In this document: one piece after another, positions 1-9,925 of the stretch
Layout of the letters: every line of letters starts with the position of its first letter
How positions within the stretch are numbered: position 1 is the stretch's first letter
Assembly: GCA_032118555.1 (NCBI GenBank)
Contig: JAULXO010000004.1
Coordinates: 36,019-100,018, forward strand
From: Hylemonella sp.
GTDB lineage: Bacteria > Pseudomonadota > Gammaproteobacteria > Burkholderiales > Burkholderiaceae_C
Direction of reading: 5' to 3'
DNA: 64,000 bases
Made by a program: the position numbers and the translations under genes
The notes under the pieces: generated by a model
The model's input: the letters and a program-made list of their open reading frames with translations, nothing else
What the model was told of the DNA's origin: nothing
Databases searched by the model: none

Positions 1-550
1 TGCTGCCATAGAGGCGGGTGCGTGCCCCGGCGCGATCCGCTTCGGCGCGGGCGCGCTCGGCCTCGGCTTCGGCCTGCTCCAGTTCCTTGCGCGCCACGAT
101 GCCGGCCTCGAACAGTTCACGCTGACGCTGCAGCGCCTGGGCGGTCAGGCGGGCATCGGCCTCGGCACGCACGGTGTCGCTCTGCGCCTGTCCGAACTCG
201 GGCGATGCCAGGGTCGCCAGCACGGTACCGGGTTTGACGGTCTGGCCGACATCGGCGCGAATCGTGCTGACGCGGCCGGCAAAGGCAGGAAACAGGCGCT
301 GCGTGCGCTCCTCGTTCCAGGCCAGTTTCGCCGGCAGTTCGATGAGCACCGTGTCGACCGGCCGGGCCGCACTCAGGCCCAGTAGCGCAAGCTGCGGGTG
401 GTTCGTGGCGAACCGCAGTTGCTGGTTCTGCACGATGGGCGCGGGGGCCTGGGCGACCGGCGGTGGCGTGTCTTTGCAGGCGGTCAGGCCCAGCGCGCCC
501 AGGAGCGCGGCAAGGGGCAGGAGGCGGTGGAGCATGGTGGAACGCGTCAT
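1..550 (-). CDS. Efflux RND transporter periplasmic adaptor (CzcB/HlyD-like), runs off the left window edge
   Basis: Manual translation from ATG at 550: MTRSTMLHRLLPLAALLGALGLTACKD... (lipobox LTAC), AGRVSTIRADVGQTVKPGTVLATL lipoyl-like motif, coiled coil RQRELFEAGIVARKELEQA; directly downstream of the TolC gene. Confidence 0.85.
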   Translation of the reverse strand, partial: MTRSTMLHRLLPLAALLGALGLTACKDTPPPVAQAPAPIVQNQQLRFATNHPQLALLGLSAARPVDTVLIELPAKLAWNEERTQRLFPAFAGRVSTIRADVGQTVKPGTVLATLASPEFGQAQSDTVRAEADARLTAQALQRQRELFEAGIVARKELEQAEAEAERARAEADRAGARTRLYGS

Positions 551-565
551 GAGAGAGGTTGGAGA

Positions 566-1841
566 TCAGCGGCCATCGGCCAGCGTTTCGGCCTGGGTGC
601 GCAGGCGCCAGGCCGTGGCGGCCTTGGCGTGGTCGGCGCGCGCGGCCAGCGCGTCGAGCACGGTGGCGCGCAGGGTACGACGGGCATCCAGCAGGTCGGT
701 CAGCGACAGGGCCCCCTTGCGGTAGGCCAGTTCGGCCGATTCCGCCACGCGGCGCGCGCTCGGCAGGATGTCCTTTTCGTAGGTGCGGGCCCGCTCGGCG
801 CTGCTGAGCACTTCCTGCCGCAGCCGCGCCAAGTCGGCGTGCGCCTGGCGGCGGACCTTCTCCAGCGCGTCCTGGGCCAGAGACAGCTGCGAGGCCGCAC
901 GGGCAATTTCGCCCTGGTAGCCGTAGCCCCATTGCAGCGGCATCTGCATGCGCAGCTCGATCAGCGCCTTGGAGGTGCCGGGGTAGTGATCGTAGGAGGC
1001 GCCCCAGGTGATGTCGGATTTCTTGAGCGCGTTGCTGCCGTCAAGAGCCGCCTGGGCGGACTCCAAGCGCGCGCGCGGCGCGCACCTCCGGCCGCTCGTC
1101 GACGAGCGCGTCGAGTACGGCAGCGGTAAGGGCGGGCGCGTCCAGCGCCGGCCAGTCCGGCAGCGCCTGCAACTGCTCGGGGGCGGTGCTCACGCCGGTG
1201 GACTGCCACAGCGCGAGTGCGGCGCGGCGGCGCTCCAGCGCGGCCTGCTGAACGTCGGTGGCGGCGCGCTGCGCCTCGATCTCGATGCGCGTCGCGTCCT
1301 GCGCCGCCAGATCGCCGGCCTGCACGCGCCTGCGCGCGCTGGCGGCCAGGGCCGCGGCGTCGCGGGCGATCTGCTCGATCTGCGTGGTCCGTTCCTGCGC
1401 GGCCAGCAGGTCAAAGAAGCCGGCCTGGGTGGCCAGTTGCTGCTGGGTGCGGATGTCGTCCAGATCGGCCTGGGCTGCGCTGGCGGCACGTTCGGCGCTC
1501 AGGGTGCGCAAGGCGCGCTTGTCACCCCGTTCCCAGGTCCAGTCCAGGCCGATGGACTTGTCGACGCGTTTTTCGGTCAGGAAGTGGCCGTTGCCAATGC
1601 CGTTCTCCGCATCCATCTGCCCCAGCTTGGCGGTCAGCACCGGCAACGGTGCGCGGTCGGCGCTGACGACGCCGGCCCGTGCTGCCGCCAGCGCACCGCG
1701 CGCCAACGCCACGTCGAGGTTGCTGCGGGCCGCGCTCAAGGCCTGCTGCAGCGACAGCGGGGCGCCGCCGGCCGGGGTCTGGGCCAGTGCGGGCAGCGCC
1801 AGCAGCAAGGCGGCCAGGAGAGGGAACTGTCGTATGCTCAT
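566..1841 (-). pseudogene. TolC/CzcC-family outer membrane efflux protein, frameshifted at ~1067-1076
   Basis: The N-terminal part (signal peptide MSIRQFPLLAALLLALPALAQ, LSLQQAL) is in ORF 1041..1907 and the C-terminal part (AELAYRKGALSLTDLLDARR) is in ORF 566..1066; the frames switch inside a (GC)5 tract. Confidence 0.8.
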
Positions 1842-1864
1842 CGCGCGATTGTCGAAAGCAGCGG

Positions 1865-1881
1865 CTGACCAAAGCCTGACC
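1865..1881. promoter_or_regulatory. Candidate OmpR-family tandem binding site (CTGACC repeated at 11-bp spacing)
   Basis: CTGACCAAAGCCTGACC in the divergent intergenic region between tolC and the response regulator. Confidence 0.45.
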
Positions 1882-1939
1882 GGCCGGGGCAGGACAATGT
1901 GCAGCAAGACGAATGAGGCGCTTGCGAGGAAGACACGCC

Positions 1940-2641
1940 ATGAGAATCCTGCTGGTCGAAGACGACACCGTTCTGAGCGAAATGATGCTGCGCAGCCTGT
2001 GCGACGCCGGGCACCGGGTGGACGTGGCGCACACGCTGGAGCAGGCCCGCCACTACTGGCTGGTGCAGCCCTTCGATGCGGTGCTGCTTGATCTCAACCT
2101 GCCGCGCAGCGGGCAGGCGGGCGCGGCCCAGGGCAGCGGCCTGGAAGTGCTGCGTGAGGCGCGGGCGCGCGGCGACCGCACGCCGGTGCTCATCCTGACG
2201 GCGCGCAACCGCACCGAGGAGCGCATTGCCGGCCTGGACGCCGGTGCTGACGATTACCTGGGCAAGCCCTTCGAGCTGGCCGAGGTCGAGGCGCGGCTGC
2301 GCGCGCTGGTGCGGCGCAGCCTGGGAACGGACGACCTGTTCCAGGTCGGACGTCTCTCGCTCGACCGCCGTGCGCGACGCTTTGCTCTGGACGGCCACAC
2401 GCTGGAGCTGCCGGCGCGGGAGTTCGAGGTGTTGTGGGAACTGATGACGCCGCCGGGGCGGGTGGTCAGCAAGCGAACCTTGTCGGACAAGCTGTCCGAT
2501 TTCGACGAGGCGCTGGGCGACAACGCGCTGGAGGCTTTCATCTCGCGCTTGCGCAAGAAGCTGGCCGGCAGCGGCGCCGGCATCCGGACCCTGCGCGGCC
2601 TGGGCTACGCGCTGGAAGCGGCGACCGGAGAGACGGCATGA
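1940..2641 (+). CDS. OmpR-family response regulator (QseB/TctD-like)
   Basis: MRILLVEDD, LLDLNLP, GLDAGADDYLGKPF, winged-helix end IRTLRGLGY. Confidence 0.95.
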   Translation: MRILLVEDDTVLSEMMLRSLCDAGHRVDVAHTLEQARHYWLVQPFDAVLLDLNLPRSGQAGAAQGSGLEVLREARARGDRTPVLILTARNRTEERIAGLDAGADDYLGKPFELAEVEARLRALVRRSLGTDDLFQVGRLSLDRRARRFALDGHTLELPAREFEVLWELMTPPGRVVSKRTLSDKLSDFDEALGDNALEAFISRLRKKLAGSGAGIRTLRGLGYALEAATGETA

Positions 2642-4047
2642 CGGCGCCGGCCGCCACCGCTGCCGACACGTCCCGGCCGTCGCTGCGCGCGCAGCTGGTG
2701 CGCCACGTGCTGGTGCCGCTGGGGCTGACCTGGCTGTTCGGCACCGCGGTCCTGGTGTCCGTTGCCTACCACTATGCGCAAAAGGCGTTCGACCGCGCCC
2801 TGCTGGACGATGCCTATGCGCTGGCGACCCGGGTGCACTCCGACGGGCAGGTGCTGACCTTCGAGCTGTCCCGGGGCGAGGTGAGCGCGGTGCTGTTCGA
2901 CCAGAGCGAACAGGTGTTCTTTGCGGTGCGGCGTCCCGACGGCTCGGTGCTGGCCGGGCACCCGGGCCTGCGCGCCCCCGCGCTGGACAGCGAAACCGGC
3001 AGCCGCTTTGCCGACATCCATTACAACGGCCAGTCCTTGCGCAGCGTGGTGTTGCGCCGGCGCGAGCCGATGGCGTTTGAGGTCATCGTGGCGCAGACCG
3101 AAGGCAGCCGCACGGTGCTGCTGCGCAAGGTGCTGTGGTTCTCGGTGTTGCCGCAGCTGCTGCTGCTGGTCGGGCTGGCGTTCTGGCTGCGCCGTGTGAT
3201 CGGGCAGGAGCTGCAGCCCTTGAGCGAACTGCAGCGCTCCGTGGACCAGCGCCATGCACTGGATCTGACGCCGGTGTCGGTGGACGCCAGCACGCGCGAC
3301 ATTGCGCACCTGTCCGCGGCGCTCAACGCCTTGCTGACCCGCGTGAGCCGCAGCATGGAAGCGCAGCGCGAGTTCTCCGGTAATGTGGCGCACGAGTTGC
3401 GCACGCCCCTGGCCGGCATCCGGGCCCTGGCCGAGTATGGACTGGCGCAGGCCGAGCCCACGGTCTGGCGTGAGCAGTTGCAGCGCATCGTGGCGAGTGA
3501 AGCGCGCGCCAGCCGCCTGGTGGAGCAGTTGCTGGCGCTGGCGATGGCCGACGAAGCCGATGCCGCTGTGCAGATCGAGCCGGTGGCGCTGGATGCCGTG
3601 GTGCGCGAAACGGTGCTGCGCTACCTGCCGCGCGCCGATGCCGCCGGCGTGGACCTGGGCGTACAGGGACTGGAGGAGCCCGTGTGGGTGGCCGGCAGCG
3701 TGGCCTTGATCGAAGGCGTGCTGGGCAACCTGCTCGACAACGCACTGCGCTACGGTCGGGCGCCGCAGGGACAGACCAGCACAGTGACGGTGGTGCTGGC
3801 GCGCGAGGACGGCGCGGTGCGGCTGTCGGTGATCGACAACGGCCCGGGCCTGACGCCGGCGCAGCGCCAGGAGGTGCTGCAGCGCGGCGCGCGGGGTCTG
3901 CAGGCCGGGCGCGTGGGCGAAGGCGCGGGCCTGGGGCTGGCCATCGTGCGCAAGTTCCTGGCGCTGATGCATGCGGATTTCGTACTGGAAGCGGCGCCTG
4001 CCGGGCCGGGCCTGTGCGCCCGCGTGACCTTCCGCGCCGCCGCCTGA
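2638..4047 (+). CDS. Sensor histidine kinase (QseC/TctE-like)
   Basis: ATGA overlap with the regulator, two TM segments, H-box AHELRTPLAG, N-box NLLDNALRY, DNGPG, GAGLGLAIV. Confidence 0.93.
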   Translation: MTAPAATAADTSRPSLRAQLVRHVLVPLGLTWLFGTAVLVSVAYHYAQKAFDRALLDDAYALATRVHSDGQVLTFELSRGEVSAVLFDQSEQVFFAVRRPDGSVLAGHPGLRAPALDSETGSRFADIHYNGQSLRSVVLRRREPMAFEVIVAQTEGSRTVLLRKVLWFSVLPQLLLLVGLAFWLRRVIGQELQPLSELQRSVDQRHALDLTPVSVDASTRDIAHLSAALNALLTRVSRSMEAQREFSGNVAHELRTPLAGIRALAEYGLAQAEPTVWREQLQRIVASEARASRLVEQLLALAMADEADAAVQIEPVALDAVVRETVLRYLPRADAAGVDLGVQGLEEPVWVAGSVALIEGVLGNLLDNALRYGRAPQGQTSTVTVVLAREDGAVRLSVIDNGPGLTPAQRQEVLQRGARGLQAGRVGEGAGLGLAIVRKFLALMHADFVLEAAPAGPGLCARVTFRAAA

Positions 4048-4108
4048 GGCGGCTGCCGCCGTGTGCGGCTGTCGCCGTTCAGTCATCCGCGCTACCTAGA
4101 ATGGCGCC

Positions 4109-4795
4109 ATGCGGAATGTGATCTTTGCCCTGGTGTTGGCACTGGCGGGTGTTGCGGCCTGGGCCGCACGCCCTTTCGTCACCGACGATGCCCGTTTGAC
4201 GAACGCGGGCAGCTGTCAGCTGGAGACATGGCTGCGCGCCTACCCCGACAGCACCGAGTTCTGGGCCCTGCCGGCCTGCAATCCGACCGGCAACCTGGAG
4301 CTGACGCTGGGCGGCGGCCAGGCGCGGCTGGAGAGCGGCGTGCGCACCGAGGACTACGTGTTCCAGCTCAAGACCCTCTTCCGGCCCCTGCAGACCAACG
4401 GCTGGGGTTGGGGCCTGGCGGTGGGCACGGTGCAACACCCGGACATCCACCCCGGTCCCAATCAGCTCGGCAACACCTATGCCTATGTACCGCTGTCGCG
4501 CTCGTTCGCGGATGACCGTGCCATCGTGCACCTCAATCTGGGCTGGCTGCGCCAACGGGACTCTGGGCGTGAGTCCACCACCTGGGGCCTGGGGGGGGAG
4601 CTCTACCCGGTCTCGCCCCGGCTGGCGGTCATTGCGGAGACCTTTGGCGACGACCGCAACAAGCCTTGGTGGCAGACCGGTCTGCGCTGGTCGCTGGTGC
4701 CCAATCTGCTGCAGATCGACGCCACCATTGGCCAGCAGGCTGGCGGCGCACGCGCGGGACAGTGGCTTTCCTTCGGCTTGCGTTGGACACCGTGA
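4109..4795 (+). CDS. Exported hypothetical protein, probable outer-membrane beta-barrel
   Basis: Signal peptide, ARPFVTDDA start, alternating aromatic strands, C-terminal SFGLRW. Confidence 0.7.
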   Translation: MRNVIFALVLALAGVAAWAARPFVTDDARLTNAGSCQLETWLRAYPDSTEFWALPACNPTGNLELTLGGGQARLESGVRTEDYVFQLKTLFRPLQTNGWGWGLAVGTVQHPDIHPGPNQLGNTYAYVPLSRSFADDRAIVHLNLGWLRQRDSGRESTTWGLGGELYPVSPRLAVIAETFGDDRNKPWWQTGLRWSLVPNLLQIDATIGQQAGGARAGQWLSFGLRWTP

Positions 4796-4835
4796 TCGCT
4801 GATAAAGTGACACGCGATACTCTGTAAGGCAAACC

Positions 4836-5261
4836 ATGTACAGCCGGAAATTCCGTGGCATTCCTGTGCTCGCTGTTCTGTTCATGGCAGCGATGGCGAG
4901 CGCCCAGTCGGGTGTTCCCCTCAAGAGCGGCGAGCAGGTCTACCGCGAGACCTGCATGGCTTGTCATGGAACCGGCGTTGCCCAGGCCCCGCGCACCGGC
5001 GACCGCAAGGTCTGGGCCAAGTTGATCGCAGAAGGGCAGGCCGTGCTGACGTCTCACGCCTGGGTCGGTGTGCGCGGCATGCCGCCCAAGGGCGGCAATC
5101 CCGAGCTCAGTCTGGAGGAGTTTTCCCGTGCCGTGGCCTGGCTGGCCCGTGAAGCTGGCGGCAAGTGGCAGGACCCGGATGCAGTCCTGATGCAGCGCAT
5201 CCAGGCGGAGGTCAACAAGCGCCAGGCGGCAGCCCGGCGTAAAGCGGCGGCCTCGAAGTGA
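4836..5261 (+). CDS. Cytochrome c5-family protein
   Basis: GEQVY..CMACHGTGVAQAP..GD...W and MPPKGG motifs. Confidence 0.9.
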   Translation: MYSRKFRGIPVLAVLFMAAMASAQSGVPLKSGEQVYRETCMACHGTGVAQAPRTGDRKVWAKLIAEGQAVLTSHAWVGVRGMPPKGGNPELSLEEFSRAVAWLAREAGGKWQDPDAVLMQRIQAEVNKRQAAARRKAAASK

Positions 5262-5271
5262 GACCACCCGT

Positions 5272-6378
5272 TCAGGGCGCGACGGGGTAGTCGGTGTAGC
5301 CCTTTTCGCCGCCACCGTAGAGGGTCGCGCGCTCGACCGTGTTGAGCGGCAGATTCTCGCGCAGGCGGCGCACCAGGTCGGGGTTGGCGATGAAGGGGCG
5401 CCCGTAGGCCACTAGGTCGGCGCCTTCGGTCAGGGCCTGGTCGGCCAGCGCGCGGTCGTAGCCGTTGTTCACCATCCAGGCCGCCTTGCCGCCAGCCGCG
5501 CGGTAGGCCGCGCGCAGCGCCGCGTAGTCGAAGGGCCGCTCGCCCTGCTGGTGGTCACGCGCGCCGCCGGTGGCGCCTTCGATGATGTGCACATAGGCCA
5601 GGTCCAGCTTGGCCAGGGCGCGTACCACGTGCTCGAACAGCGGCTGCGGGTCCGGGTCGAAGGCATCGTTGGCCGGCGTCACTGGCGACAGGCGCAGGCC
5701 GGTGCGTTGCGCGCCGATCTCGTCGCACACGGCGTGCATCACTTCCAGCAGCAGCCGCGCGCGGTTCTCGATGGTGCCGCCATAGGCATCGATGCGCTGG
5801 TTGGAACCCGAACGCAGGAACTGGTCGAGCAGGTAGCCGTTGGCGCCGTGCACTTCCACACCGTCAAAACCGGCGGCGATGGCGTTGCGCGCGGCACGCC
5901 GGTAGTCGGCCACGATGCCCGGCAGCTCGGCCAGGTCCAGCGCGCGCGGCGCCGAGGTGTCGACGAAGGTGGCCGCGCCGTCCTTGATCAGCACGGTCTT
6001 GGTCTTGGCGGTGATGGCCGAGGGCGCCACCGGCGCCTGGCCGTTCGGTTGCAGTTCGGTGTGCGAGACGCGACCCACGTGCCAGAGCTGCATGACGATC
6101 TTGCCGCCGGCGGCATGCACCGCGTCGGTGACGGTCTTCCAGCGCGCCACCTGTTCCTCGCTCCAGATGCCGGGCACATCGGCGTAGCCCTGGCCCTGGT
6201 GGCTGATGGCGGTGGCTTCAGTGACGATCAGACCTGCCGTGGCGCGCTGCGCGTAGTAGGTTGCCATGAGCGGCGTGGGCAGAGCGCCCGGGGCGCGGTT
6301 GCGCGTCAGCGGGGCCATGACGATGCGGTTGGACAGCGACAGGGCGCCGGCTTGCACAGGTTCAAAAAGGGACGGCAT
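5272..6378 (-). CDS. Alkene reductase, old yellow enzyme family (NemA-like)
   Basis: NRIVMAPLTR, GFDGVEVHGANGYLLDQF, GRPFIANPDL, GYTDYP. Confidence 0.95.
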   Translation of the reverse strand: MPSLFEPVQAGALSLSNRIVMAPLTRNRAPGALPTPLMATYYAQRATAGLIVTEATAISHQGQGYADVPGIWSEEQVARWKTVTDAVHAAGGKIVMQLWHVGRVSHTELQPNGQAPVAPSAITAKTKTVLIKDGAATFVDTSAPRALDLAELPGIVADYRRAARNAIAAGFDGVEVHGANGYLLDQFLRSGSNQRIDAYGGTIENRARLLLEVMHAVCDEIGAQRTGLRLSPVTPANDAFDPDPQPLFEHVVRALAKLDLAYVHIIEGATGGARDHQQGERPFDYAALRAAYRAAGGKAAWMVNNGYDRALADQALTEGADLVAYGRPFIANPDLVRRLRENLPLNTVERATLYGGGEKGYTDYPVAP

Positions 6379-6517
6379 GAAATGACTTTCTCGAAAACAC
6401 AAAGATGACAGGCGCTCAGCGTACGGCGTTTGCGGAAGCCTTGCCTGAGACAGGACGTTGTCTTTGTGACAGGCCGGTGCGGCCGCCGTGCGCGCGATCG
6501 CGGAGAATGCCTGCACC

Positions 6518-7735
6518 ATGTTGCGCCCCCCGCCGCTTTCTCAAGCCTCGCCGCTGTCACTCATGGGACTGGCGCTGGCCCTGTCGCTGGCCGCCGCGGT
6601 GTCGCTCGGCATCACGCGCTTCGCCTACGGCCTGCTGCTGCCGGTGATGCGCGCCGATCTGGCCTGGAGCTACACCCTGGCCGGCGCGATGAACACCGCC
6701 AACGCGGCCGGCTACCTGCTGGGCGCACTGGCCACGCCGCGGCTGCTGCAGCGCATGGGCGCCGTGCCCGTGTTGCTGGGCGGCGCGCTGCTGGCCAGCC
6801 TGTTCATGGGGCTGAGCGGTTTCTTCACCGGCGCGGCGCCCTTGCTGCTGCAGCGCCTGCTGGCCGGTGTGGCCAGTGCCTTCATCTTCATCGCCGGAGG
6901 GCTGCTGGCCGCGCGTCTGGGTGCCTTGTTGCCGCAGCGCAGCGGTCTGCTGCTGGGCCTGTACTACGGTGGCACCGGCTGGGGCATCACGTTCTCCGCG
7001 CTGGCCGTGCCGCAGGTGCTGACGGCCGCCAGTGCGGTGCCGCACGGCTGGGCCTGGGCCTGGTGGTTGCTGGCTGCCGTGTGCGGCCTGGCCACGGCGT
7101 TGTTGTGGTGGCCGGCGTTGCGCCTGCGGGCGCTGACGCAGGCGCCCACCGCCCATGCGGCGGCGCCGCCGGCCGCGCCGTTTCGCTGGCGCCCGTTCGG
7201 CTTTGCGCTGGCGGGTTACGGCCTGTTCGGCGTCGGCTACATCGGCTACATGACCTTCGTGATTGCGCTGCTGCGCGAACAGGGCGTGACACCGGGTGCG
7301 GTCACCGGCTTTTATGCCCTGCTCGGGTTGGCCGTGGTGGCGTCGGCGCGGCTGTGGGCCGGCCTGCTGGACCGCTACCGTGGCGGGCAGGCCTTGGCCA
7401 TCCTCAACACCCTGCTCGGTGTGGCCACGGTGCTGCCGGCACTCACCTCGGCCTGGGCGGTGGTGCTGGCGTCGGGCTTGTTGTTCGGTGGCGTGTTCCT
7501 GTCGGTGGTGGCCTCCACCACGGCGCTGGTGCGGCACAACCTGCCTGCCGAGCAATGGGCGGCGGGCATCAGCGCCTTCACCATCGTGTTTGCGGCCGGG
7601 CAGATTGTCGGCCCCACCGTCGTGGGCTGGATCGCCGACGGCCCTGGCGGCCTGAGCCGCGGCCTCGTGTTCTCGGCGCTGGCGCTGTGGTTGGGGGCCG
7701 TGCTGGCCTGGCGCCAGCGCCCGCTGCATCACTGA
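6518..7735 (+). CDS. MFS transporter (YbfB/YjiJ-like)
   Basis: GITRFAYGLLLPVM, NAAGYLLGA, about 12 hydrophobic segments. Confidence 0.88.
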   Translation: MLRPPPLSQASPLSLMGLALALSLAAAVSLGITRFAYGLLLPVMRADLAWSYTLAGAMNTANAAGYLLGALATPRLLQRMGAVPVLLGGALLASLFMGLSGFFTGAAPLLLQRLLAGVASAFIFIAGGLLAARLGALLPQRSGLLLGLYYGGTGWGITFSALAVPQVLTAASAVPHGWAWAWWLLAAVCGLATALLWWPALRLRALTQAPTAHAAAPPAAPFRWRPFGFALAGYGLFGVGYIGYMTFVIALLREQGVTPGAVTGFYALLGLAVVASARLWAGLLDRYRGGQALAILNTLLGVATVLPALTSAWAVVLASGLLFGGVFLSVVASTTALVRHNLPAEQWAAGISAFTIVFAAGQIVGPTVVGWIADGPGGLSRGLVFSALALWLGAVLAWRQRPLHH

Positions 7736-7762
7736 GGCGTGGGCCGGGTGCACAATGCCGGC

Positions 7763-9046
7763 ATGAAACGCGTCGTCAAATGGATTGTCATCGTGGTCGT
7801 GCTGCTGGCGCTGTTGCTCGCTGGCAGTGTGTTGGCATTGCAGCGCTGGCTCGGGACGGACGATTTCCGCCACCGCCTCGAGCAGCAGGCTGGCGCCGAA
7901 CTCGGTGTGCCCCTGTCACTGGGAGACATCGAGGTGGCCTTGTGGCCGCTGCCGGCCGTGGCGGTGGATCGCATCGCCGTCCAGACCAGGCCAGCGCTGA
8001 CGGTCGAGCGTGTCGAGGTGCGGCCGGTGTGGGCCGACCTGCTGCAGGGCAAGGTGGCACCGGCCACGTTGGTGGTGCGCCGCGCTGTGCTGCCGCAGCC
8101 GGGCATCGACGCGCTGCTGGCCGCCATGGACAAGGCGAAGCGCAAGGATGCGGAGGAGGCCGGCACGCCGTGGCAACTGTTGCCGCAGCGTACTGTGCTC
8201 GATGGCCTGACCTGGATCGATGCCAAGGGCGCGGCCATCACGCTGCAGGCCGAGGCGACGCTGGGCCCCGATGTCTGGCCGCAGCAGGTGCAAGGGCAGA
8301 TCCTGCAGGGCCGTTTGCAAGGCACGAAGCTGGAGTTGCAGCGCGAGGCGCAGGCCCATGCCTGGGGCGTCAAGTTGCAGGTGGCCGGCGGCAGCATTAC
8401 CGGCCGGCTGGAGTTGCAGCCGCCCAAGGAGGCAGGCGCGGAGTTCGCGCTCAAGGGCCAGCTCAAGACGCATGACGTTGAGCTGTCTCGCCTCACGGCG
8501 CCCGAGCCGACCCCAGCCTCGCAGGCGGCGCAGCCCCTGAGCGGGCGATTGGAGGCCAGCACCACGCTGAGCGCGCGCACACGCACGCCGGGCGCGCTGG
8601 CCGAGGTGTTGCAGACCCAGTCCACCTTCACCGTGCGCAACGCGGTGGTGCATGGCATTGATCTGGCGAAGGCGGTCAAGACCGTGGGCATGAGCCGCGG
8701 CGGCCAGACGCCGCTGGACACACTGGCCGGGCAGGTCAGCACGCGCGGCAAGGCGATCGAACTCACGAACCTGGTGGCCAGCTCAGGCCTGCTCAGTGCC
8801 ACCGGGCAGGTGAACGTGTCGCCGAGTCAGGCGCTGAGCGGGCGCATCAGTGTGGAACTGGGCGGGGCGGTGGGGGTGCCGCTGGCGCTGGGCGGCACGG
8901 TGAGCGACCCGAACGTGACGCTGACCACCGGCGCCAAGATCGGCGCGGCCATCGGCACCGTGCTTTTGCCCGGCGTGGGCACCGGCACCGGCGCCAGCCT
9001 GGGCGACAAGGCCAGCGAAGGCCTCAAGAAGCTTTTTGGCAATTAG
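7763..9046 (+). CDS. AsmA-family protein
   Basis: N-terminal TM anchor, beta-rich body, GIDLAK motif, C-terminal glycine-zipper-like segment. Confidence 0.7.
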   Translation: MKRVVKWIVIVVVLLALLLAGSVLALQRWLGTDDFRHRLEQQAGAELGVPLSLGDIEVALWPLPAVAVDRIAVQTRPALTVERVEVRPVWADLLQGKVAPATLVVRRAVLPQPGIDALLAAMDKAKRKDAEEAGTPWQLLPQRTVLDGLTWIDAKGAAITLQAEATLGPDVWPQQVQGQILQGRLQGTKLELQREAQAHAWGVKLQVAGGSITGRLELQPPKEAGAEFALKGQLKTHDVELSRLTAPEPTPASQAAQPLSGRLEASTTLSARTRTPGALAEVLQTQSTFTVRNAVVHGIDLAKAVKTVGMSRGGQTPLDTLAGQVSTRGKAIELTNLVASSGLLSATGQVNVSPSQALSGRISVELGGAVGVPLALGGTVSDPNVTLTTGAKIGAAIGTVLLPGVGTGTGASLGDKASEGLKKLFGN

Positions 9047-9086
9047 CCCCGTCGTTCATGCGTCGTGCGCTATGAAAACAGGAGCA
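9033..9086 (+). repeat. Repeat family B, copy 1 (ends in GCTATGAAAACAGGAGC); overlaps the AsmA stop codon
   Basis: Same layout as the copies at 19803, 24602, 38937 and 45105. Confidence 0.6.
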
Positions 9087-9108
9087 ATTTGAGCGGCTGC
9101 GCGGCGCC

Positions 9109-9864
9109 TCAGGTCTTGTAGCTTGGGTCGATGCGGTCGAGCTTGCGCAGCAGGGCCGGCCAAGCCAGGTTGGCGCCTTGGCCCGCAGTGGCGCTCTTCA
9201 TCACGCCGGCCATGCCCTGCAGGATCTGAGGGTTGATGTGGACCAGCTCGCCGCCGGCTTGGGCGTCAAGCTGGATGCGGCAGGTGGCTTCAAAGATGTA
9301 CATGTTGAGAAAGGCGTCGGGGATCGTCTTGCCCACCGTGAGCAGGCCGTGGTTGCGCAGCACCAGGTAGTTGGCACGGCCCAGGTCGGCCTGCAGGCGC
9401 GGCTTCTCGTCGTCGCGCAGGGCGACGCCCTCGTAGTCATGGTAGGCCAGCGAGCCCAGCACGAAGGTGGACTGTTGGCTGATGGGCAGGATGCCGCACT
9501 TCTGCGCGCTCACCGCCACGCCGGCGCGTGAGTGGGTGTGCAGCACGCAGCCGGCGTCGTTGCGCACCGCATGGACGGCGCTGTGGATCACGAAGCCGGC
9601 CGGGTTGACCGGGAAAGGCGAGTCGCTGAGCTTGGTGCAGTGCTGGTCCACCTTCACCAGGCTGGAGGCCGTGATCTCGTCGAACATCAGGCCGTAGGGG
9701 TTGATCAGGAAGTGGTGCTCCGGCCCCGGGATGCGGGCGCTGATGTGCGTGAACACCAGATCGCTCCAGCCGTAGTGGGCGACGAGGCGGTAGGCGGCGG
9801 CGAGGTCGCAGCGCAGCTGCCATTCGTCGGCGCTGACGACTTCCTTCAGCGAGGGGATGTGCAT
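9109..9864 (-). CDS. Class II aldolase/adducin-family protein
   Basis: LVFTHISAR, GFVIHSAVH, VLHTH, LRNHGLLT; RBS AAGGAG. Confidence 0.93.
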   Translation of the reverse strand: MHIPSLKEVVSADEWQLRCDLAAAYRLVAHYGWSDLVFTHISARIPGPEHHFLINPYGLMFDEITASSLVKVDQHCTKLSDSPFPVNPAGFVIHSAVHAVRNDAGCVLHTHSRAGVAVSAQKCGILPISQQSTFVLGSLAYHDYEGVALRDDEKPRLQADLGRANYLVLRNHGLLTVGKTIPDAFLNMYIFEATCRIQLDAQAGGELVHINPQILQGMAGVMKSATAGQGANLAWPALLRKLDRIDPSYKT

Positions 9865-9925
9865 GGGGTCTCCTTGACGCGCCGTGCGGCGCGAGCCGCT
9901 ACTGTCGACCAAGGCGACGCAAAGA

